Part shown: one piece after another, positions 8,900-15,764 of the stretch
Position numbering within the stretch: position 1 is the stretch's first letter
Layout: each line of letters begins with the position of its first letter
Origin: Clostridiales bacterium UBA6386
GTDB lineage: Bacteria > Bacillota > Clostridia > Oscillospirales > Oscillospiraceae
Length of the DNA stretch: 24,000 nt
Assembly: GCA_002437585.1 (NCBI GenBank)
Contig: DJQM01000064.1
Span: 11,372 to 35,371 of the forward strand
Reading direction: 5' to 3'
The notes under the pieces: generated by a model
Database searches by the model: none
Told to the model about the DNA's origin: nothing
The model's input: only the letters and a program-made list of their open reading frames with translations
Program-made: the position numbers and the translations under genes

Positions 8900-9835
8900 A
8901 TGAATGCGGATTTTATCGCAAGTTTTCTCTATTCTGTGATTCGGATCACCACGCCTCTGCTCTATGGCGCGCTGGGAGCACTGATCTGCAAGCAGGGCGG
9001 TGTGCTGCACATTGCCTTTGAGGCCTGTATGCTGTTCGCTGCATTTTTTGGTGTGGTGGCCAGTGCGTTGACGCAGAGCGTTTTCCTTGGTCTGATCGCC
9101 GGTATGGCGGGAGGAGTACTGGTGATGCTCCTGTTCGGCTATTTCACCCTGCAGCTGAACGCAAACCTGGTTTTGACGGGAATCGCCCTCAACACGCTGG
9201 CATCCGGCGGAACGGTGTTCCTGATGTATCTGCTCTGCGGCGAAAAGGGAACCAGCAATGCTCTGCCCAGCCTGGTATTTCCCACTGTGAATATTCCGGT
9301 GGTTAAGGACATCCCTTTCTTAGGTACAGTGCTGTCCGGGCATAACATCCTGACGTATGTGGCGTTTATTATGCCCGTGTTTGTGTATCTGCTGATTTTC
9401 AAGACGCCGCTGGGACTACGTATCCGGTCGGTTGGTGAAAATGAGAATGCTGCCGCAAGCGTAGGCGTCAATGTAGCCAAGACCAAGTATATCACCCTGA
9501 TCATCGGCGGCGCGGTCACATCTCTCGGCGGAATGTTTATGTCCATGGGCTATCTGTCCTGGTTTGCCCGGGATATGATCGCCGGCCGGGGCTTTATGGC
9601 CATTGCAGCCCAGAATCTGGGAAACGCGGCGGTGGTGCCCACGTTCATCACATCTGTCCTGTTCGGATTGGCCAACGCTTTGGCGGTTATGCTCCAGACA
9701 CTGAATCTTCCTGCGGAGATATTCCAGGCAATGCCCTATGTGGTCACGCTGATTGGCCTGGCTGCTTATTCCAGCTCTCAGCGGAAGGGACAGAAGCAAG
9801 AAAAAAAGACTGGAAACAGGCAAAATAAGGGATGA
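8900..9835 (+). CDS. ABC transporter permease (BMP-family system, NupQ-like)
   Basis: 311 aa multi-pass membrane protein. Starts 2 nt after the upstream stop; GAAGGAGGAGGG lies upstream. Confidence 0.85.
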   Translation: MNADFIASFLYSVIRITTPLLYGALGALICKQGGVLHIAFEACMLFAAFFGVVASALTQSVFLGLIAGMAGGVLVMLLFGYFTLQLNANLVLTGIALNTLASGGTVFLMYLLCGEKGTSNALPSLVFPTVNIPVVKDIPFLGTVLSGHNILTYVAFIMPVFVYLLIFKTPLGLRIRSVGENENAAASVGVNVAKTKYITLIIGGAVTSLGGMFMSMGYLSWFARDMIAGRGFMAIAAQNLGNAAVVPTFITSVLFGLANALAVMLQTLNLPAEIFQAMPYVVTLIGLAAYSSSQRKGQKQEKKTGNRQNKG

Positions 9836-9859
9836 AAAAATCTTTTTTTCAGGTATAAT
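9832..9859 (+). promoter_or_regulatory. Possible internal promoter for the gntR-GRE operon
   Basis: Perfect TATAAT at 9854-9859, 25 nt upstream of the gntR ATG, but only a weak -35 (ATGAAA at 9832-9837). Read-through from the ABC operon is equally possible. Confidence 0.3.
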
Positions 9860-9883
9860 GAAAGCTGAAAGAGAGGGAGACCT

Positions 9884-10576
9884 ATGTCTTATTCATCGAA
9901 TGCATCACAGCGTGTCTTAAACTACATTACGGACAATATCAGAACCGGGCATTGGGCGGCGGGCAGCAAGATCGAAACGGAGGATACAATCAGCGAAAAG
10001 CTGGGCGTAAGCCGGATCGCAGTCAGACAGGCCATTGAAAAGCTCAGTACGCTGGCGGTTCTGACGAAGGTACAGGGATCCGGAACTTATGTAAACGGCT
10101 TTGAAGAGTGCACACTGGGAGGGATGGTGTATTACCCGCCTACCCTGCGGTCACTGCGCACAGTGCTGGAATTCCGGAGGATGTTCGATTCCTGCAACGC
10201 GGAGCTTTTTATTCAGAATGCGACGCGGCAGCAGAAGGAGGAACTGTACCAGAATTTCCGGGACATGGTTCAGACAAAGGATGATCGGGAACGCTTTGAA
10301 ATTTATGACAACGCCTTCCATGAAATGATTGCCAGAGGAACCAACAATACCTTGATCTGCCAGATATCCGATACGCTGACAGAGCTTTTGATCCATCATC
10401 AGGCACTGCAGTACGATTTGGTCGGGCCGGAGCAGGCCATTAAATGGCATGGGCGTATCATCGAGGCCATCCAGGATGGGGATGGTGAGCTGGCGCGGCT
10501 ATATACCAGGGTACATATTGATAATGCCATCAAAAGATTGGCATCGGCTGACAGCAAAACGGAGGAAACACCATGA
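9884..10576 (+). CDS. GntR-family transcriptional regulator, FadR/FCD subfamily
   Basis: 230 aa. N-terminal winged HTH (EDTISEKLGVSRIAVRQAIEKLSTLAVLTKVQGSGTYV). C-terminal FCD-type helices with a conserved His pattern (YDNAFHEMI, WHGRIIEAIQDGDGELA). Confidence 0.88.
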   Translation: MSYSSNASQRVLNYITDNIRTGHWAAGSKIETEDTISEKLGVSRIAVRQAIEKLSTLAVLTKVQGSGTYVNGFEECTLGGMVYYPPTLRSLRTVLEFRRMFDSCNAELFIQNATRQQKEELYQNFRDMVQTKDDRERFEIYDNAFHEMIARGTNNTLICQISDTLTELLIHHQALQYDLVGPEQAIKWHGRIIEAIQDGDGELARLYTRVHIDNAIKRLASADSKTEETP

Positions 10577-12072
10577 GCAGTGCTGTGTATGATATTATTA
10601 CTTCCGATCATCTGAATTATCATCAAAAGCTGAACGCTTTGTGCCATGAGGCGGAGAACACACTGGAGGTACTGCCGCTACCGGCACATTTCCACAAATA
10701 CTTCGATCGCGGAGCGATCTGTGATATGAACGAGGGAAACGCTCCCTATCGCCCGCGCTATGTGATGGTGGATTTTGAGCGGTTTGTGAAGCAGGGCAGT
10801 CGATTTCTGAAGCTGGATCCTCCCCGGAATCTGGATGAGCTGCTGTGGGCACTGGAGATCCTGTACTGCTACATTCCGTCGATTACCACAAAGCCGGTGT
10901 ATCTGGGCAACCTGGACAAGCTGATCGATCCGTTTTTGGACGGGGTGACCGATGAAGAGGCCGTCCCCAAGCTGGAACGCTTTTTGGGCTATATCAACCG
11001 GGTCATCGCCAACGCTTACAGCCACGCGAACATCGGGCCGGAGGCGACCAGAGCCGGTTGGCTGCTGCTGATGATGGAGGAAAAGCTTCAGCTGGATACA
11101 CCGAACTTGACTCTGAAATATGACGCAGACATTACGCCGGATGACTTTGCGGAAGCGGCGATCCGCTGTTCGCTGAAGTGCGGCAATCCCGCGATCTGCA
11201 ATCACAAAGCCCATAAGGATACCTACAGCTTTGACTATGGGATTTCTTCCTGCTATAATATTCTGCCGCTGCGAGGCGGGGCATATACGCTATCCCGACT
11301 GGTGCTGCCAAGGCTTGCAAAAATGGCCGACGGCGTGGACATGTTTCTGGAGGAGTTGCTGCCGGATGCCTGTAAGACGCTGGGGGAGTACATGAATGCC
11401 CGGGTCAGCTTTCTGGTGGAGAAATCCAATTTCTTCCAGCGGGATTTTCTGGCGGAAGAGGGTCTGATTGAGCGGGAGCGCTTTGTGGGGATGTACGGCG
11501 TGGCGGGTCTGTGCGATTGCGTCGATTTGCTTCTGGCAGATCGGGGCCTGAAATATGGCAGAGATCCGGAGGCGGATGATCTGGCGGATCGGATCATGAG
11601 GATCATTCAGAACTTCGTGGCTCGCTTCGAAGCTAACTATTCGGAGATTGGCCATGGACATTTCCTGCTGCACGCCCAGGCAGGGCTGGCCACGGATGTG
11701 GGAGTGACTTCGGGCGTGCGGATCACGGTGGGAGACGAGCCGGAAAACCTGCTGAACCACCTGCGCCACAGTGCGCGGTTCCATCGATTCTTTCCCACGG
11801 GCTGCAGTGACATTTTTCCCTTTGACGCCACAGCGGAGCGGAATCCCGGTGGTTTGCTGGATATTGTCAAGGGTGCGTTCTCTATCGGGGACAAATACTG
11901 CGCGTTTTACGGTGCGGATGGAGATATGGTGCGGATCACCGGCTATCTCGTCAAGCGCAGCGACCTGCAAAAGTATGAGAACGGAGACATTGCTCTTCAG
12001 GACAATGTGATCAACGGCAGCAGCAACTACAGGCTGAACCGGCTGAAGGACAGGAAGGTTCGCCATGTCTGA
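10573..12072 (+). CDS. yjjI: YjjI-family short glycyl-radical enzyme (substrate unknown)
   Basis: 499 aa. C-terminal glycyl-radical fingerprint DMVRITGYLV, with Gly457 encoded by ggc at 11941-11943. Size and overall sequence fit the E. coli YjjI type rather than the 750-850 aa PFL-type GREs. The ATGA overlap with the gntR stop (10573-10576) and the dedicated activase immediately downstream support the call. Confidence 0.8.
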   Translation: MSSAVYDIITSDHLNYHQKLNALCHEAENTLEVLPLPAHFHKYFDRGAICDMNEGNAPYRPRYVMVDFERFVKQGSRFLKLDPPRNLDELLWALEILYCYIPSITTKPVYLGNLDKLIDPFLDGVTDEEAVPKLERFLGYINRVIANAYSHANIGPEATRAGWLLLMMEEKLQLDTPNLTLKYDADITPDDFAEAAIRCSLKCGNPAICNHKAHKDTYSFDYGISSCYNILPLRGGAYTLSRLVLPRLAKMADGVDMFLEELLPDACKTLGEYMNARVSFLVEKSNFFQRDFLAEEGLIERERFVGMYGVAGLCDCVDLLLADRGLKYGRDPEADDLADRIMRIIQNFVARFEANYSEIGHGHFLLHAQAGLATDVGVTSGVRITVGDEPENLLNHLRHSARFHRFFPTGCSDIFPFDATAERNPGGLLDIVKGAFSIGDKYCAFYGADGDMVRITGYLVKRSDLQKYENGDIALQDNVINGSSNYRLNRLKDRKVRHV

Positions 12073-12913
12073 GCAGTTGACCGCGCCGATCAACAGGATA
12101 CTGCCCTATAGTGTTGTAGACGGACCGGGCAACCGGGTGGCGATATTCTTTCAGCGGTGCAATATCCACTGCGCCTATTGCCACAATCCGGAAACGCAGA
12201 ATCTGTGCCAGAACTGCGGCACCTGCGTGGAAGAATGCCCCGGAAAGGCACTGACCATGGACAACGGCAGGGTTCGCTGGGCGGTGGGGAAATGCCTGGA
12301 GTGTGACCGGTGCATCCGGATCTGCCCGAATCATGCTTCCCCCAAAGTGACGGAGATGACACCAGAGCAGGTATTTGAGAAGGTTTGCGAGAGCCTTCCT
12401 TTTATCCGTGGAATCACCGTATCCGGTGGGGAGTGCAGCCTGTATCCGGATTTTCTCGAGAAATTGTTCACTTTGACAAGAAAAAAGCATCTGACGGCAC
12501 TGATGGATTGCAACGGAACCATAGATTTGAGCTGGTATTCCGGGCTTATGGCACTGTGCGACGGTGTTATGCTGGACGTGAAAAGCTGGGATCCGGAGGC
12601 CTTCTTCACACTGACCGGAGGAGACGGCAAAAATGTAAAAAAGAATCTCCTCTGGCTGTCCCAACAGGGAAAGCTGGAGGAGGTTCGCATCGTCTACGCA
12701 CCCGGCTGCGTGGACGCGGAGCACTGCATTCTTGGCATCGCGGAGACACTGGGACCGAAACAGACGGAAAAGGTGCTGCTGAAGCTGATCCGTTTTCGTC
12801 CCTTTGGGGTAAAAGGACCGCTTTCCGATTGGCCGCCGCCCTCCATGGAAGCGATGGCCGGACTGGAGGCTCTTGCGACGCGGGTCGGATTTCGGCGGAT
12901 CCTGATTCTGTAG
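12065..12913 (+). CDS. yjjW: YjjW-family glycyl-radical enzyme activase (radical SAM)
   Basis: 282 aa. Radical-SAM CNIHCAYC (C32/C36/C39, nt 12158-12181). Two ferredoxin-type cluster motifs, CQNCGTCVEECP and CLECDRCIRICP. SAM-binding motif VSGGEC. The ATGTCTGA overlap with the yjjI stop (12065-12072) indicates translational coupling. Confidence 0.85.
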   Translation: MSEQLTAPINRILPYSVVDGPGNRVAIFFQRCNIHCAYCHNPETQNLCQNCGTCVEECPGKALTMDNGRVRWAVGKCLECDRCIRICPNHASPKVTEMTPEQVFEKVCESLPFIRGITVSGGECSLYPDFLEKLFTLTRKKHLTALMDCNGTIDLSWYSGLMALCDGVMLDVKSWDPEAFFTLTGGDGKNVKKNLLWLSQQGKLEEVRIVYAPGCVDAEHCILGIAETLGPKQTEKVLLKLIRFRPFGVKGPLSDWPPPSMEAMAGLEALATRVGFRRILIL

Positions 12914-12941
12914 CGGTCAGGCGCATGAAAGGAAAACGATC

Positions 12942-13736
12942 ATGATACTTTCTCACTGCAATTTTTTCTCTAAGACCCTTTTGAATCATGTGGATGTGGA
13001 TGTGCTGATCCCATCCGTTCCGGAAAATGACTGCATTGGCATGACACTGGAAGAAATTTACGCACCGGTCAAGCCATATCCCGTCCTGTACCTCCTTCAC
13101 GGTGCGCTGGACGACCATACCGCGTGGCTGCGGCACACGAATATCGAAGCTCTGGCGGAGAAGGCCGGTGTCGCGGTGGTCATGCCATCGGGGCAGAACG
13201 GATTCTATGTGAACGCACGTTACGGACAGAATTATTTCGACTTCATCGCCAAGGAGCTGCCGGCTTTTATCGAGCGGATATTCCCGGTCAGCACCTGCCG
13301 GGAGGAACGATTTATTGCCGGCCCGTCCATGGGCGGCTACGGCGCGACCCATACGGCACTGTCCTGCCCGGAGTGCTACAGAGCGTTCGCGGATCTGTCC
13401 GGCGCGGTGGATCCGGTGACGCTGGAACCGAGAATGCAAGCCATGGGCTTTGGCTTTTTCCGATATGATTTGATTTTTGACGGCACCCGGAATATGCGGC
13501 CTGATGATGATTTGTACGCACTGGCGGCCTCGTTAAAGTCGGCGGAGATCAAGCCGGAAGCGTATGTGTATTGCGGACTGGAGGATACTGCCAACTATGA
13601 TATGAACTGCCGGTTGCGGGATACGTTGGTGGAAAACAATTTTTCCGTTTCCTTCCGGGATGGGCATGGGCGGCATGACTGGGTCTATTGGAACAGCTGC
13701 ATCGCGGATTTTCTTGCGCATATTGCGAAGAAATAG
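12942..13736 (+). CDS. Alpha/beta-hydrolase esterase (putative esterase/esterase D/EstA-like family)
   Basis: 264 aa. YPVLYLLHG oxyanion region and nucleophile elbow GPSMGG. C-terminal HDW region typical of the esterase-D-like family. Starts 29 nt after yjjW with an AAAGGAAAA RBS. Confidence 0.8.
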   Translation: MILSHCNFFSKTLLNHVDVDVLIPSVPENDCIGMTLEEIYAPVKPYPVLYLLHGALDDHTAWLRHTNIEALAEKAGVAVVMPSGQNGFYVNARYGQNYFDFIAKELPAFIERIFPVSTCREERFIAGPSMGGYGATHTALSCPECYRAFADLSGAVDPVTLEPRMQAMGFGFFRYDLIFDGTRNMRPDDDLYALAASLKSAEIKPEAYVYCGLEDTANYDMNCRLRDTLVENNFSVSFRDGHGRHDWVYWNSCIADFLAHIAKK

Positions 13737-13801
13737 GGCAGCACCGCACAATTCGGCCAGAAATCTCAGCCGGGATTTTTGCTGAATTGTGCGGTGCTGC
13801 C
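13737..13801. terminator. Long extended hairpin between the convergent esterase and ugd genes (possible bidirectional terminator)
   Basis: Perfect 18-bp inverted repeat GGCAGCACCGCACAATTC (13737-13754) / GAATTGTGCGGTGCTGCC (13784-13801). The 29-nt interior folds further: AGAAATC (13759-13765) pairs with GATTTTT (13774-13780). Starts directly after the esterase stop. There is no clean U-tract. Confidence 0.45.
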
Positions 13802-13832
13802 TTAATTATCGTGTGTCATCGAATAACGCGTA

Positions 13833-13880
13833 TCATTGCGAACCAGCGACAGATGTCACTGGTGTGGCAATTCGTGTCCC
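13833..13880 (+). repeat. Hairpin repeat family, copy A
   Basis: TCATTGCGAACCAG-CGACAGATGTCA-CTGGTGTGGCAATTCGTGTCCC. It shares both arms with copies B, C and D. A degenerate left-arm duplicate, GTCATCGAATAACGCG, sits just upstream (13815-13830). A 7-bp hairpin follows: GTCTTCC (13882-13888) / GGAAGAC (13898-13904). Confidence 0.8.
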
Positions 13881-13908
13881 AGTCTTCCGCTCTCGGAGGA
13901 AGACCAAG

Positions 13909-15375
13909 TCAGTCCCGCTTGAAGATATCCCGGGTATAGACCTTCTCCTTCACGTCGTCCAGGCAGCTGTCGTACCGGTTGGCCAGGATACAGCCGGAGA
14001 GCCGCTTGAACTTGGCTAGGTCGTTGACCACCCGGGAGCCGAAGAAGGTCTCCCCGTCCGGAAGGGTGGGCTCGTAGATGATGACGGTCGCCCCCTTGGC
14101 CTTGATCCGCTTCATGACCCCCTGGATGGCGGACTGGCGGAAATTGTCAGAATTTGCCTTCATGGTCAGCCGGTACACGCCTACCACGGTCTCCTTCTCC
14201 TTTTTGGCACTCCAGGCATCGTTGGCTTCGTACCCGCCGGCAATCTCCAGCACCTGTTCGGCGATGAAATCCTTCCGGGTGCGGTTTGACTCCACAATGG
14301 CACTCATCATGTTCTGGGGCACATTTTCAAAGTTGGCAAGCAATTGCTTGGTGTCCTTGGGCAGGCAGTAGCCGCCGTAGCCGAAGGAGGGGTTATTATA
14401 GTGGCTGCCGATACGAGGATCCAGGCATACGCCGTCGATGATGTCCTTGGTACACAGCCCCTTGGCCAGGGCGTAGGTGTCCAGCTCGTTGAAATAGCTC
14501 ACCCGCAGAGCAAGATAGGTGTTGGCAAACAGCTTCACCGCCTCGGCCTCGGTAAAGCCCATGAACAGGGTGGGGATATTCTCCTTGATGGCTCCCTGCT
14601 GCAAAAGAGAGGCGAAGACTTCCGCCTCTTTCCGGGTGCCCGCATCGCAGGAGACAATGATCCGGCTGGGGTACAGATTATCGTACAGAGCCTTGGATTC
14701 CCGGAGAAACTCCGGGCTGAACAGGATCCGGTCGGTGTGGTACTTCTTCCGGACGGAGACGGTGTAGCCCACGGGAATGGTGGACTTGATGACCATAACG
14801 GCCTTGGGATTCACTTTGCGTACCAGCTCAATGACCGCTTCCACCGCGGAGGTATCGAAGTAATTTTTCTTGCTGTCGTAGTTGGTGGGGGCGGCGATGA
14901 CCACGAAGTCCGCGTCCCGGTAGGCACTCTCGCCGTCCAGGGTGGCGGTCAGGTCAAGCTCCTTTTCCGCCAGGTACTTTTCGATGTACTCGTCCTGAAT
15001 GGGAGACTTGCGCCGGTTGATGAGTTCCACCTTCTCCGGGAGAATGTCCACGGCGGTGACGTGGTTGTGCTGGGCGAGCAGGGTGGCGATAGACAGACCC
15101 ACATAGCCCGTTCCGGCCACGGCCACGCGGTATCGCCTTGCGGGGGCGGCCTTTGGCCTGGGCTCTTCCTGATAGAGATCCGGTATTTCAAATTCCAGCA
15201 CCTGCGCCAGAGCCTCCAGCTGATCGAGGGAGGGCTTGTAGGTTTCGTTTTCCAGTCTGCCCAGCATGGAGCGGTTGATGCCGGTGAGCTCCGACAGCTG
15301 AGCCTGGGTCAGGTGCTTTTCCTTGCGCCGGGCGCGGACGGTTTCCGCCAGAAGAGCGGGGGAAAGCTTTTTCAT
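13909..15375 (-). CDS. ugd: Fusion protein: N-terminal XRE/Cro-C1 HTH domain + UDP-glucose 6-dehydrogenase
   Basis: 488 aa. Residues ~1-70 form an HTH ([39 protein letters not shown]), followed by the linker [12 protein letters not shown]. The rest is a full Ugd resembling streptococcal HasB/Cap3A: [63 protein letters not shown]. There is no Met at the enzyme-module start (YRVAVAG), so the enzyme cannot be read as a separate gene. Confidence 0.88.
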   Translation of the reverse strand: MKKLSPALLAETVRARRKEKHLTQAQLSELTGINRSMLGRLENETYKPSLDQLEALAQVLEFEIPDLYQEEPRPKAAPARRYRVAVAGTGYVGLSIATLLAQHNHVTAVDILPEKVELINRRKSPIQDEYIEKYLAEKELDLTATLDGESAYRDADFVVIAAPTNYDSKKNYFDTSAVEAVIELVRKVNPKAVMVIKSTIPVGYTVSVRKKYHTDRILFSPEFLRESKALYDNLYPSRIIVSCDAGTRKEAEVFASLLQQGAIKENIPTLFMGFTEAEAVKLFANTYLALRVSYFNELDTYALAKGLCTKDIIDGVCLDPRIGSHYNNPSFGYGGYCLPKDTKQLLANFENVPQNMMSAIVESNRTRKDFIAEQVLEIAGGYEANDAWSAKKEKETVVGVYRLTMKANSDNFRQSAIQGVMKRIKAKGATVIIYEPTLPDGETFFGSRVVNDLAKFKRLSGCILANRYDSCLDDVKEKVYTRDIFKRD

Positions 15376-15405
15376 GTGTTACCTCCTGAAAATGATATTA
15401 TAAGC

Positions 15406-15433
15406 GGAATTAAAAGCGAAAATGGAATTAAAA
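15406..15433 (-). promoter_or_regulatory. Direct repeat pair in the ugd leader (candidate operator)
   Basis: GGAATTAAAA occurs at 15406-15415 and again at 15424-15433 (18-nt register). The pair lies between the predicted ugd promoter and the RBS. Confidence 0.35.
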
Positions 15434-15441
15434 CTTCGCAT

Positions 15442-15470
15442 ATCTTAGCATATATCTGGAACAGATGCAA
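15442..15470 (-). promoter_or_regulatory. Candidate promoter for the HTH-ugd gene
   Basis: On the minus strand: TTGCAT (15470-15465), a 17-nt spacer, then TGcTAAGAT (extended -10; hexamer 15447-15442). Confidence 0.5.
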
Positions 15471-15655
15471 TAGGATCAAATAAATTCTGTTTATAGCGGC
15501 ATTTTATGCAGACAACCCGGAAAACGCAGGAAACCGCCTGAAGGCCAGCCTGGAATCTGGCACAAATGCCGGAAAAAGTTATGGGTAAAGATGCACATTT
15601 TTCCGGGGAAAAGCAGGGGCTATCAAATATTTTTTACTAATATTTCAGTTAGGTG

Positions 15656-15683
15656 TTGATTTTCTGAAAAGATATGGTATGAT
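15656..15683 (+). promoter_or_regulatory. Candidate promoter for the SGNH-cpsC-cpsD operon
   Basis: TTGATT (15656-15661), a 16-nt spacer, then TGgTATGAT (extended -10; TATGAT at 15678-15683). Confidence 0.5.
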
Positions 15684-15764
15684 AACACAGTATGAGACGG
15701 TAGGCATGGTGTGCCCTTTGAAAAATTACACATCATTCCGAAAAACGACGGAGAGTATAGACAT

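Noticed and set aside
14344-15483. 379-aa ORF on the + strand
   Set aside because: It is antisense to the HTH-ugd gene, which has unmistakable Ugd motifs. Shadow ORF.
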